NCBI GenBank assembly: GCA_965153455.1
Contig: OZ234493.1
Coordinates: 22,124,213-22,188,212 of the forward strand
Origin: Sphagnum compactum
Taxonomy: Eukaryota
DNA: 64,000 nt
Reading direction: 5' to 3'
The first letter of the stretch is position 1; every line of letters begins with the position of its first letter. The translations under genes were made by a program, and so were the position numbers. Below are positions 11,865-24,921 of the stretch, piece by piece. The notes beneath the pieces are model-generated. The model did no database searches, was not told the origin of the DNA, and worked only from the letters and a program-made list of their open reading frames with translations.

Positions 11865-13576
11865 GCTTCGCACGAATGGGCCAGAAAAAACTCCAAGAAC
11901 CAAAAAACAACTAGTCCACACATAAGAATCGATTGCTACATCATTCCCTCTAAAATTCGAAAGTCACGCCCATCTTCAATCTCCGTACTCTCTCCATTGC
12001 AAGAATCCTACTTTCCTTACAGCCCGTAAAGCACCACTACCTGGATTTTTCCTTTGTATTTTCAGCTCTATTACCTGCCTGAAGAAACCTGTACTCAGGC
12101 CCTGCCGGCCTCGGGCACAGATCTCAAATCACGGAAGGACCTGTACTCAGGCCCTTCTCCTATACGGAAATGGGTGCCTGTACAAGTTCTACTTACATCA
12201 AGCATAAAATGCATGGGCCTACGAAACACACGACAAATGTACAGGCCAGCCACAAAACCAAGGAGCACTGACACAAGGGTCTTGACACCCACCTTTTCTT
12301 AGGGTCTTGAGTCCTTGACCAGAGTGGGGGCGGGTATTAGAAACGGCACCAATCCCTCAGGGTATCAATCCGGGTATCTAAGTTGATATTCATGATTATC
12401 CAGGCAACAAATACTTGGTTTTGATATATAATCACAGTTATCCAAAAAAAAAAAAAAAAAACCCAGTTATTTTGTTATCCAGAAACAGCTGGTATTAAAA
12501 AAAAAAATCAAATACCCACCTCACACTGGTCTTAGAGTCTTCTACAATGGCACTTAGAGTCTTGTCAGGTGTTGGGTGGTTTTTTACTTGTACTGAGAAC
12601 CTCCAGTTCTAGTCCTTGAAAAAAAACATTTGGATTTGTATGGATTCTGGTTCAGATTTCTACATGCAAGGAAATCAGAAGATTCTGGTTTGGATTCTAC
12701 TTTTCCTCTCTTTTGATAGTTTGGGCTTGGCTTTGGTGTGAGCTAAAGGCATGCTCTGTGAAATGCAGACATCTTTTTGGGTTTTACCTTTTTGAGACTT
12801 TCTGCATGAGGATGTGTCAATTAATTTTTGGCTGTTTGTTCATGTATTTGACGAAGATGGCAACTGGCATTAGGAATGTCATCATTTTACGAATCTTTTA
12901 TTTTTTTGTTTGTTTTTATGATTTTTTTTCTTTTAGTTTATCGTTGAGTTTTGTGTGTTGGCTGATAAGATTTGTGTGTAGGCTTTGAATGGAGGAGGAG
13001 CAATTGAGGATGGAGATAAGGAGTGTTGATGAAAGATTTAAGCATGGTGGTTTTGGAGAGGACTTCAGAGAAACTTTAGTTATATAGTTTTGTTTGTGTT
13101 TTGAGATTGGTTTCTATATTACAAGATGTATCCAACTCTTTTTTTGTTTCGTTGTGTAGGATTTAAGAAGCAAAAGATGTAGGATAGAATGTGTGTGTAA
13201 TGTTTGTCTTGATGCATTCCTTGACCCAAGACTATAGAAGGGAACTGATAATAGTGTTTTAAATTCATTGTATGTAGACACATAATTGAGCATTTAGGGG
13301 TTGGGGTTCTAGGTTTGGGTGGAAAGTTGGTTATTGAGGGAGGAAAGTATTAAGGTTTCAATGTTCTAAGGTCTATTTGTGTTGTTCAATTGTGAGTTGA
13401 TATCTAAAATCATACAAGAGAGGTGAATAAGGGGGAAATTCTAATCCATTTTCTTAGTCATAGCCATCGAGGTGCATCAGTAGTATGTATGTCTACTTGT
13501 GGATGATGGCAGATGTGTTCTATGTTGGTGTGATAGGCATATTCATAATCAGAATACCCATTTTTTAACACATGAC

Positions 13577-14298
13577 CAGGCCTCCTTAAGTTCGGAAATC
13601 GCACGAATGTACGATTCCGATGTTTTTTTGGGCACTTGCTGCCCCTAAAGGCGTGCGATTCGTGCACTAGTATATTAACTATGGGTTAAGGTTCTCCCCA
13701 ATCTTATTATTAACCACTGCTACTGGAGATAATATGAGGTAGTCAGTCTTCTTCTACAACTAATAACAACTAATAACCAGTAGCGGAAGAAGAAGAAGAC
13801 AAGACAACGAGGTGCTAATTCCCTTCTTGGAAGGCCATCTCGTTAAGGTTTGTCGCAACTTCTCAAGCTGCCTCGAGTGCAATATGCCTTCCAGAGAAAA
13901 GCTTGTGAGTGCAGAACGATGATCATCCTTCTCGTAGTTGATGGTCGAGAAATCAGCCTCCACAGTCGTTGTTCCATGCATAACGCTGGCCAAACTGGCT
14001 GCAAAGCGAAACATGTAGGGGAAACGATTACCGAGTGGCCGCCATGCTTTCCCAAAATCAGAGTCTTCGCTTCCTTTCGTCAGGGCTGCCTTGAGGTTTG
14101 AGTCTCGGGATATCAATCGCACAAGCTGCTCAAACTCGTTGCTGATTATTAATGAATCATTAAATTGGCCGCCAAGACATTTCGAATCCTACAGTTTGTT
14201 ATAGAAATCTATGTGTACGAAAATAGATGAATCGCGGATTTCCTAAATGTGTGCAATGCACGCAAAAAGAGGCCCGTGCACGAATCTAAGGAGGCCTG
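13577..14298 (-). mobile_element. Internally deleted hAT-superfamily DNA transposon (722 bp) carrying the transposase C-terminal dimerisation fragment
   Basis: TIRs CAGGCCTCCTTA...TAAGGAGGCCTG. Perfect 8-bp TSD CACATGAC at 13569-13576 and 14299-14306. ORF 13760-14122 contains AWRPLGNRFP...LASV..GTTTVEADFS.....KDDHRSALTSFSLEGILH, a hAT dimerisation-like motif. Confidence 0.92.
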
Positions 14299-16013
14299 CA
14301 CATGACTCAAGGATTTTGTTTTTGTTATCTTTCAAATATAAAATGTAAATGGAATAAATTTAAGTGAAAAATATTGAATAATCCAAATTAAAAATTTGTA
14401 TGGTGATTGTGATTTTTCACATGCATATGTTATTATGCATAAATATTTTCGTAAAAAATCAAACATGCAGAAAATGAATACATAATATTTTGTATATAAC
14501 TCAACATGTTTTCTTGCATGAAAATTTTCAGCGCATTTTGCCAACACTTCGAGTCACAAATTATAAGTTTTATGAATATAGAAAATCAACCAAATGGCAA
14601 ACAAAAAGGAATCATTTTCCTTGTTACCTTTTCAAAATGGCTTCTGTAATTTTCAAAATTCTTATATCATATATTATTCAATCAAATGCATTATATGAAC
14701 ATTGCCAAACATAGATGTATGCATTATTTATCCATGAAAGAAAATTGAAGGCAATTACATGGTTAATAAAAAAATTATTATTTCCTTAAGATGAAAATTA
14801 CAATTAAAACATGGATTTAAATTATTCAAAAGGACTCAAAAGGACATTTATGTAATATTCAATTATATTTTTAGTTTTTATTAAATTAATATAACATCAT
14901 TCTAGTTATAGTCAAATACCAATTTAATATAATCATGAAATAGTAAATGTAATAAAAATCCAAAATAGTTCTTTACAGTCCTTTGTTCGTTAAATCATCT
15001 TTTTGCGTACCTTGATTATGAATGTTTCTTGACATAAATTGATGAAAATTTTATTTCAATGAACTTTTGAATAAAAAGGGAGCAAAATCATTGTGTGTCT
15101 TATTCATGCATCATAAACTTCCAATATCACAAAGGTTCAATAGGATTTGTGTGAAAATTGTAAACAATATGTCCATGCAAAATTCATGGTTTCAAAGTGT
15201 TAAAATGACATGAAAAATTATATATATGATGTTTCTTTTCTACTTATGATATCTTAGTGTGAAATATGTACAATTTACATTTAAAATAAATTTGTGCAAT
15301 TATCGTGATGTAATTTTTTACATAACACTATGTGATTTTTGTGTATTAAACATTCACATTGACTTATGTCATTTAAAAATGGTATCTCATTTGTTTGAAT
15401 ATTTAAGATATTGAATATGTACAAATATCATTCACATTAACTATAATATGGAATTCATATGATTTTTGTACAAACTTGTAAAAATAAAATTTTGCACAAA
15501 ATTTGTATGAACTATGAAGCATGGTACTTGTAATGTGTTGATGTGTAATGTTATTTCCATAAATTATTTTGTGTCACCATCTTTTTAAAGTTACATTACT
15601 TCTGAAAATTGGTCTTACTTCACATTTAATTTTTATTAATGGGTTTTGGAACTAGTGGTTAATTATCAATTAACCCCACTTTCTAGTCCCTTTTATTTTT
15701 TATTTTATTTTAATTGATTTTAAGTTATTATTGGTTATTTTGAACTATTATAGGCCATTACACCTTAAGGTTTTTTCTTTATATTCCATTTTGTGTTACT
15801 TTAAGTCATTTAACCCTATGTTATTATATGTTATTATACATTATTTTAGGTTTTTAAAGGTTATTATAAATAATCCCATTATGGATTATTATATAATATT
15901 CTATCTTTAGGTTATTATGTGTTAATATATGTTATTTAATTTTTTAAATTATTATAAAATACTCCATTATGGGTTATAAAATAATATTTTACCCCTAGGT
16001 TATCCTAAATTAT

Positions 16014-16986
16014 TATCGCAACCCTAACCTTGGGCTCGCGACCAAGGCAAGGGCTTGCAAGGGTGAAGGCCAAGAGGGAAGGCCGGAAGTCACATCTCAT
16101 GCTCCCGGGAGTGTAAGAGAGTGTGAGGGAATGAACCCTCACACTCCCAAGTGAGCTCCCACTTTGGGAATTGGAGTCTTGATGGACTCCCGAATTTCAG
16201 AGAGCAATTGCAGGGGTCAAAACCCATGGAATTGAAGAGTTCCTTATATCATTGAAAAGCTTTTGTAATGCAGATGTCTGAAATGGGCTTGCATGACCCA
16301 TTTGGACACTTAAAACACAAGTTATGGCCAAAAAAAGGGTTGGGAATCAAATTGGCAGTTTGACTCCCGACCACTAAAAATCGAGAATCACTCCAATTTC
16401 CTTGCATGCAAGTGGCGTGCGACATATCGTTTTGTTTTTACTTCTTTATCCTATCATGGTCTCAATTACTTTACAAAAGTTAATAAGCCAATAAAATTGA
16501 TTGCCTGGAAAACTTTTGACGAAAACTACAATTTAGCTTTAAATTTCATCTCAATCAAAGGTTTGAACACAAAGTTATGGGCCCCCAAAGTTGCGAGAGT
16601 CCCAACTTTGCGAATTTCGAAACTCCCAAGTTGACATTTGGGTGTTGATCCCGTGACCAAGCACATAGTATACTATAAAGGGGAATGTGGTGGCTTCCTC
16701 CCAAGTCCGGGCTGTGGTGAGTCTTGTGAGTCCGTGTTTGCCCATGGCTCATCCGTGCACCAAAGTGCTTGAACTACGCACTAACCAACTTGTTGTTTTG
16801 TTTGTGTAAGTCCGTGTGAATAATTGAATTGCTTGTCAATCTTCCTAGTCTCATCTCGAAGCTTCAGCACACCCCTATACCCCCGAAGTGCTACGAGCCA
16901 AGGAACGCGCCCCAACTCCTTCTCCTTCCGCTGTTTTCACCTTTGGACTCACAGTTGAATCCATTAAGAAACTTGGGGGTGCGTCA
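16014..16986. mobile_element. Probable solo LTR of an abundant retroelement family
   Basis: GC-richer ~970 bp island in very AT-rich DNA. Ends TATCGCA...TGCGTCA form degenerate TG..CA inverted termini. Flanks ATTAT/GTTAT give a 4/5 match to a 5-bp TSD. No coding capacity. Resembles a repeat I recall as common in Sphagnum. Confidence 0.65.
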
Positions 16987-18627
16987 GTTATTTTATTCTA
17001 AACATTTTTTAGCTTAGAATATTTTAAACAAGTCTAGGTTATTTTACCTTAGCCTATTAGTAACTTAAGATATATTATAATAATTTAGAATAACTTAAGG
17101 TCGAATAAAATATAATGACTTAAAATACCTAAAACATAATAACCTATAATAACCTAAGGAAAATAATTTACATTGGGTTATAATATGCTAAACTTTAGGT
17201 AGGTACCATAAGCTTAACAAATAGATAAGGTAACCAATCAATGTGACCGATTTGACTAAATGTCACCTTAGTCAAAATAATTAACAAAAAAATCCATATT
17301 TCTTTCATGGCCCATGCTTATAGTTTAAATGGACATTCCTTTTTAGTCAATGTGAACATTCTAATCAAGTTGAATCTTCGAAAAAAACATGATTTACCAT
17401 AACAGTGTTTGCATAACAATTAAAAAAAGAATGAAAACAAAGAGGGGAAAAAATGGACAAAGTGAAAGGAGAGCAATAATGAAAAAGAGGTCGAAAGGAA
17501 AAAAAATCAAATTAAAATCAAATTCACCATTATTGAACTTAAACCTTAACTTGGATTATGTTAATTTTTTTGCTAACTACATATAGTTAAAAAATAATTA
17601 TAAAACTCAAAAATGTGAAATTAATATTTTTAAAAAATCAATAGCTATAATTCAACAAAAATTCAAATTTAATCCAAATTTTTGTACATGGTTCAAATGG
17701 GTTGCCATGTAATCATCAAATATAAAAAAAAGGTTTCCAAAAAATTATTTCATATTTAGCTTATAACCAAATTTTGCTAAATATTCCCATAGATGATTGT
17801 ATCATCACCACTTTGGCTACAACTCAAATTTGACCTTAAAAAAATCATTTCATGGATATGGTCACACATAGACAACTTTACTCTTATATGTCACATCATG
17901 TCATGCCATGTACTGATGTCATGTGACAATATATTAATATAGTTAATACTCTTGTTTATGTGACAAAGTTACCCCATTAGGCAACAATGATTGTTAAAGC
18001 AAGGTAATCATATTTACCCCTTCCCAATCTTCTAAATTTTTTTTGGGATTTTTTACAAGGCAAGTCCTTGTTGTAAGCACTTGCCACCAAAACTTGATGA
18101 TCCTTTTATGCTTGGGTATATCTTGCACTACCTTCAATTATATCCTTGTCAAACAATCCATGCTTCTTGCCAGAAGTTTTATCACAAATTGATACAATAA
18201 TACCTTGGCAGCTTTAATTTGGCACTAATAATATTATTTGGAAAAATATTGAAAATTTAAAAAATCAAAGAACAAAACTAAGTGAAGGGAAATCAAGAAT
18301 CTTTCTAAATATTTTAGTTTTGGAAATGGAATCTTCAAAATTAAGTAATTATTCGATGAACATGTGTTGAAGTTGCCCTTGTCATATGGTACACCGCCAT
18401 ACTTATTACCCATACACATACTCTAGTACATGAATGGATGTGGCAATAATTAAATTATTCTCGAAATTATTGATTTTGGAAAAGAATACATTATTGGTCA
18501 AAATGTCAAAATTTATAGCTCCATTGTTGAAAGTTGCTGAAATAAGAAAGTAAAATTGTTGTGATGCCTTTTGACATGTCTTGAACGGAAGTAGGTGGCA
18601 TGGTCGAGTGATGTTGCATTACAGAAA

Positions 18628-19038
18628 TTAGTGTGGCCTTTGCCGTTGGCCCAAGTGTTACCACGTCCTCAACTGAATTTTCCTTCGGTTATTTGGAATT
18701 TATTTGAAGTTTCAGCGACAGAAATCACTTAAAAATCAATATCTCCCTCATTCTGAATCCAAATCTTACCAAATAAATTCCATTAAATCTCCTGCTCATC
18801 GAGATCTTTTCAACAACACCAAAGGCACATTCCAATTCCTCCAACATTTTTCATTTAATTTTTAGTGAAGAAATCATTCAATTTTCAAGAACTTTTGCAC
18901 CACAAGTCCAAACATCATGGAACCAAGCCCATAGACCCCTTCTCATCAATCAAGAGCTTTCCAAAGACACCAAGAACACGATTTGAAGCATCAAGCTTCG
19001 GTGGATCTCATAACTATCTTCCTTCCTTCATAGATAGA
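18628..19038 (-). mobile_element. Non-autonomous Helitron, copy 1 (downstream unit of a head-to-tail dimer on the minus strand)
   Basis: Minus strand reads 5'-TCTATCT...GGCCAACGGCAAAGGCCACA-CTAA-3' followed by T. It has a subterminal GGCC hairpin and is highly similar to 19039-19471 and 22565-23002. Confidence 0.75.
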
Positions 19039-19471
19039 TTAGTGTGGCCTGTGCTGTTGGCCCAAGTGTTACCACGTCCTCTACTGATTTTTCCTTCCAA
19101 AACCTGGTTTTTTGGAATTTATTTGAATTTTCAGTGGCAGAAATCATTTAAAAATCAATATCTCCCACATTCTGAATCCAAAGCTTACCAAATAAATTTC
19201 ATTAAATCCTACTCATCAAGATCTTTCCAACAACACCAAAGGCACATTCCAATTTTTCTGAAATTTTTAGCTACAATTTCATTTAATTTTCGATGAAGGA
19301 ATCATTCAATATTCAAGAACTTCTACACCGCAAGTCCAAACGCCATGAAACCAAGCCAATGTACCCCTCCTTTTTGAGAGCTTTCCAAAGAGACAAAGAA
19401 CGTGATCTGAAGCATCCTGGTTCGGTGGATCTCATAACTCAAAAACAAACAAACTACCTTTCTTAGATAGA
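19039..19471 (-). mobile_element. Non-autonomous Helitron, copy 2
   Basis: On the minus strand the 5' TC follows an A, and the 3' CTAA abuts directly the 5' TC of copy 1. No TSD. Confidence 0.75.
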
Positions 19472-20263
19472 TATCACATAGCTCTTTCTCCAGCGCTTTG
19501 ATTTTAAGAAAAAAAAGTGTGTCTGAAGTGCAACTCTATGATGCGCGTCAGTGGTACAACATGCGTTCATTGAAAATGGTGACCAGGAAGCATAACAAAA
19601 GATGCAACCACACAGCCATAGTGAACCAGCACCCCACCAGTGCACCATGATGGATGAATGATAAGTGGTCAGTGAACATATTCTGTTGGGTTTCAGTTCC
19701 CTAGCTAACCATGGTGGTTAGCTCAGTTGCTGTTTTTGTTTCTATCTACCTATTAACAACCCACAAGCAGGTTGTTAGTAGGTAGTTTAAAAGCAGCCCT
19801 TTCCTATGCATAAACCATAAACCATCTAGTTACTTACTAGTTTTCTACCTATTTACCATTAATTCAAATTAATACAACGATCATAATCTTAGCACTAGCC
19901 AAACCAAAACAAACTTTAAAAGTAAGAAAGCTCATTTCAATTACATGATAAAAATGACTTTAGGCTATGGTACATCACCTTGTGGAATATGGAAATTATT
20001 TCCAATAAAAATATAATGTAGTATTGGCAAGAACCTTTGACCAATTAATTGTTTCTAACCACTTGCATTTTTTTGACATATGTGCACAATTTGACATTAG
20101 TTTTTTCCACATGCTTGTTCCAAGTATATTAGTTGAGATCTAGAAGAAAATTAATTTGGTAGACAAAATGAAAATTGTAAAAAAAAAATGAAGCGTAAAA
20201 CTTGCCTTCCAATTGTTTTCCAATGCAAGGAAGACAAAAATAGAATTACATGAACAATATAAA

Positions 20264-20416
20264 CACTAAAACAAAAGGTTTCCCTATTTGCCAAATGGTT
20301 TCACTAGATGTTGAGTGAATACACTAGTCATAGTAAATAGGACCTAGTGGGGAAGCAATGAATTCATTAGCCTAGTGAATAGAGACTAATGAATTACATC
20401 TTCATTTGTAGTAGTG
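20264..20416. mobile_element. CACTA-type miniature element (~153 bp)
   Basis: Termini CACTAAAACAAA...TTTGTAGTAGTG. Flanks AAA/AAG. Internal TAGTGAAT-type subterminal motifs. Inverted homolog at 59430-59583. Confidence 0.65.
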
Positions 20417-21002
20417 AAGATGTACCAAAAAAAACATTTGTCAATGTGCTTGGCCATTCAATAAACTGGTCTATAAACCTATTGGGAATGAAATTACAAT
20501 TGTATTTTATATCCCAATGTAATGATTAATGGTGGTAAGTTGCAACTAATGACTAGTCCACTGCATTTTTTAGAAAATTACAAAATAACAAAAGAACTAA
20601 TAAATTGCAAGTTTGTGAGCTCGATAATTTGTTGTGTAGGTCAAAATAAAACCAATTTGAGTTCATGTTGTCTTTAAAGAAAATATATTCAACATGAATA
20701 ATATTATGGAAGAAATAATGATAGAAAAAATTGTCTCTATAAGGATTTTGTATTGTATTTTTTTACATCTATGTGTAAAAATATGATTACAAATTCACGA
20801 ACTATTTTTTGTGTTTAATTGATTGTGTTTTCACCCCATAAATGTTGTTGAATAAAATAGTACAATCTTATTCTTGGGTATAACTCTCAGCAATCTGTAT
20901 AAAAAACTTCAAAAGACCATCAAAAGAGTCAAAACAACAAAAACATCCAAAATCAAGTTAAAACATGAGCTTTGGAATGTTTGGGCAAGAGTTATTGACA
21001 AG

Positions 21003-21330
21003 ACATGTCCTCATGTCCTAGGCCTTCATATTCTAGGACATGTCCTCATGTCCTCTGGCCTTCATGTCTTAAAACATGTCCTCATATCATGGGCTTTCAT
21101 GTCTTAGGACATGCCTTCATGTCCCTAGGCCCTCACGTCGTAACACTTGAAACCAGGAAAATTTTAGAAGGCTATGTGAAAATGTCCCTTGACTCACAAG
21201 TCATAAGCACTAGTATTTTTGAATTATATAAGCATCAAGTCCTAGGCTTTGAAATCCTCATGTCCTAGGCCCTTGAATCTTAAGATCTTAGACTTTTAAA
21301 AACATCATATCCTAGGACATCAAGTCCTGG
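21003..21330. repeat. Degenerate short-period tandem repeat (CATGTCCT/CCTAGG units)
   Basis: Recurrent catgtcctcatgtcctaggcc-like units, which generate the spurious HVLG-repeat ORFs. Confidence 0.7.
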
Positions 21331-22564
21331 TATGCAGCCAATATCCCCAAGCCCAGATCCTTACCTTCTTGTTTAAGTTAATCTTGGGCTTTGACCCTAA
21401 CACACTTGCATTAGTCCAGGACAAATGAGATCCATATGGCTCTTTTAGTATTTCGTAACACTCTCGAGCTCACACCCTCCAGTGGCCATCCTCAGGAGAA
21501 CCCACTGCGACTGCAGAAGCCTCCCCTATAACAGTAAAACATTGAATGTAGAACAGCCCATAACTGAACACTTAAATATTTAGAATTAGGCGCTCAGAGA
21601 GTAGCTCGATTAACCATGGAGTATGAAGTTGAATTGTAGAGCATCTCTCAACGCTCCCAACGCCATTTACTGCTTGTCATTTGAGTGAAAAATAAACAAG
21701 ATATCATGTCCCAAAGTCCCCTAATTTCTGCTACTGATTTGATTTTTCACAAGTGTTGACAATTGGCGCTATGGGGGGACTTGATAAATGTGAGAGAAAA
21801 GTCTTGGTTTTGTCTTTTCTCTCGGCGTTGGAACTTGAATTTGTTGCTTTTTCTGGAGTAAAAAGCAAAGCTATTTGGGGGAAACCGCCAATTCAATCCC
21901 TGCTTTCTTCTTGACATTGAAACTTGGCACTCTAGTACAAAAACACATCTATCATCTCATTGTTCAACACATTTCGATAAATGATATATTGTTTTCCAAT
22001 CTTTTCAGCTGACTATGTATCTTTTTAATTCTTTCTCACAATTCTTTTTTAAAAGGACTACTTTCATCACACAAAAGGAAGCCTTGTGTGCTTGGGTCAC
22101 AGTGCACCAGCACCCACCAGCCCACCATCCACTGGATGTCTGTTATTACTCAGTTCTGGATGAACCTCAACTGGGTTAATATTTGGTTTTACTTTGGTGA
22201 CCAATTCTGTAAGAAATCGATCTTATGTCAAATGTCCTAAGTCCTAAAACAAAAATCCTAAGCCTTAAGTCAAATTACTTAGGCCCGCCCTAAGCCAAAT
22301 GTTCAAGTGACATTAGTGAAAAATCGACACAAACACCTTAAACCAATTATTACACTATCCTAGGCCATTGTCGAAAAATATTAGCAAACTATTTGAATCA
22401 AATATATTAAACCATTGAAGAGGACCCACAAGTACCTTAAGCCAAATGTCTTATAAGAGCACTAAGTCAAATATTTTGTAAAGACGAGCAAAAAGCCCCA
22501 TGAGCACCCTAAGCCTAGCACCCTAGGCAATAGGTTCAAAGTCATATGAACATCTTAATACAAA

Positions 22565-23002
22565 CTAGTGTGGCCTTTGCCGTTGGCCCAAGTGTTACCA
22601 CGTCCTCAACTGAATTTTCCTTCGGTTATTTGGAATTTATTTGAATATTCAAATGACAGAAATCACTTAAAAATGAATATCTGCCGCATTCTGAATCCAA
22701 ATCTTACCAAATAAATTCCATAAAATCCTGCTCATCAAGACCTTTCCAACAACACCAAAGGTACATTCCAATTCCTCCGAGATATTCAGCTACGATTCAA
22801 TTCAATTTTCAGTGAAGAATTCATTCAATATCCAATAACTTTTGCACCACAAGTCTAAACGCCATGAAACCAAGCTGATGCATCGCTCCTCCTTGAGAGC
22901 TTTCCAAAGAAACCAAAAACACAATCTGAAGCATCCCACTTTGGTGGATCTCATAAATATAAACAAAACAATACAAACAAACTACCTTGCTTCAGAGATA
23001 GA
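22565..23002 (-). mobile_element. Non-autonomous Helitron, copy 3
   Basis: A|TCTATCTC...GGCCACA-CTAG|T on the minus strand: canonical TC...CTAG ends inserted between A and T. Same internal sequence as copies 1-2. Confidence 0.8.
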
Positions 23003-23823
23003 TGTCTTGCAAACATCATAAGGCAAATGTTCTTAAACTTAATGTGAAATTGCACTAGGTCATAATAACCAAAATAAAACATAAAAATCAATGTGTTTTG
23101 GCCTAGTGTTCGTGTTATATCCTAAGCTATGAAATTTAAAGACAAGCCAAAGCGTGCTTTGACTTGGGCATTTTGGCTTAAGATTAGAATATTTTTGAAA
23201 ATTTTGGCCTCAAGTTAAAATATATTTGAGCATTTTCGCCTTAGGGTTGGAATCAGTTTGAACATCTTGACTTAGGGTTAAAATATTTTTTGACATTTTG
23301 GCATTGGGTTGCCCACTTTGGGCTAGTCCTAGACTCAATTCCTGCATAGCCTTTTTTTTCTTTTTTTTAAAATTCCTGAAATTACTCGTTCCTTGTTCTG
23401 CCCTTTTTGGGTGCTTTGGTTACTTTATGGTGGGCAGGGTTTCATCAGATCCGGGACCTCACCACAACGCATGAAACCTCCACGCACGCAAACAACTGCC
23501 GTTTTCATAACCACAGAAATACGTGAAGCTCATATGGTCTGAAGTGTACATCTTTGTTGTTGAAGAAGTTGAAGAAGAAGAAGAAGTCGATGCAGAAGCA
23601 GCCTAGGAGTCCACAAGTTGAAGAAATTCAGTCCAGGAGTTGAAGTAACTTAGTCCAGAAGTTGAAGAAATTCAGTGCAAAAGTTGAGGAAATTTGGTGA
23701 AGAACGTGGTATCAATCTCCTCCTTGCTCATCAATCAGGTGCTTCACACACAAAGACAAACATACCCAACAAGTACAAACAGAGACGAGAGTGCTTCTGT
23801 CATAAAATCATCCGAGCATTTGA

Positions 23824-24095
23824 ATGTGCAGCAGCTGTAGCAACATGTCTGCTCACTTGCTATTGCCGATCAATGTCTCGTTGTCCATCTCAGGGGATCG
23901 TTCTTCTGCAGTAACCTGGTGGAGAGTTGCTTCCCATTCAGTTGCTGGCAGAAGATTACCCATTTTTTCTTCTTCTGCTGTTTGCACTAAAGGGTTGGTG
24001 AGCAAGCGCTGTTGTCGTTCTTGTTGTGCTTCTGTCTCTAGTGGTGGTGCAAAATCTGCAATCAACAATAGAGAAAGCTCTTCTTGTTGTTGTAG

Positions 24096-24127
<32 letters not shown>

Positions 24128-24921
24128 CTTCTTCTAGGAGTTTATTTCAGCCAGCTGCTGTCAAGCATGAGAGAGTCACAGCTTGTTCTGCACTGCAGAA
24201 CTTGGGAGATCTTTCTGTGTCACAGAATGATAGAGATACAGCTGCAAAGTTGAAGGAAGAGCTTTTGAATCAGGCGAGTGAAACGGTGGGGATCTCGGAG
24301 GAAAGCTTAACGCTTATTGCGAAACTTGAGAAGCTGAACCCATATCCTGAAGCACGCGAGTTCCCGCATCTGTTCAATGGATGCTTCGAAGCAGTGAAGT
24401 CGACATTGAAGCAGAAAGGTAGAGAAGAACGGAAGGATGCAGGCGTGTTTGCCACCACTTTCACTCTTGGAAGAGTAGCTTTCAATGCATTCAAGCCATT
24501 AGGTCAAGAGGTCGTCATCACGGAAACGTATAATCATGTGGGACAAGCAAGCGAGGACGAGTACCTCATCATCTCCAAAATCTCTGTGAAAGTTGGAGAG
24601 GGAGAGGAGCCGCTTGAAGGTCTGGTGGTCAATGCTGGCAAGTTCAGTTTTGTGAATCCCAAAGATATGGAGGTAGTGTTTGTGTCCACCACCTTGAGGC
24701 CATTGCACCCTGAGAAGGAGAATGACCTGAGAAGGTGGAAGGAGGTTTTCCAGGAAGCGAATCCGAGTATGGACGAGAGAGGGTTCGTCACGGTGCAGTT
24801 GCCTGCAGCAAAAGGCAAATTGGATTTGCTCTATCTTGACGAGGAGATGAGAATCACTAAAGGCAACATGGGAAACGTATTCGTGACAAACAGGTTGAAG
24901 CAGTCTGCAGTATCTGTCTAG
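23824..24921 (+). CDS. Intronless plastid lipid-associated protein (PAP)/fibrillin-domain protein with Ser/Cys-rich transit peptide
   Basis: 365-aa ORF. Motifs KLKEELL...LIAKLEKLNP, TLGRVAFNAFKP and C-terminal KGKLDLLYLDEEMRITKGNMGNVFV match the fibrillin 'YLD..LRI.RG..G..FV' signature. Poly-Ser from (TCT)n near 24098-24135. Start could be the second Met at 23845. Confidence 0.8.

Noticed and set aside
18865-19296. 143-aa plus-strand ORF
   Set aside because: Spans the junction of two non-coding Helitron copies; chance ORF with a non-ATG start.
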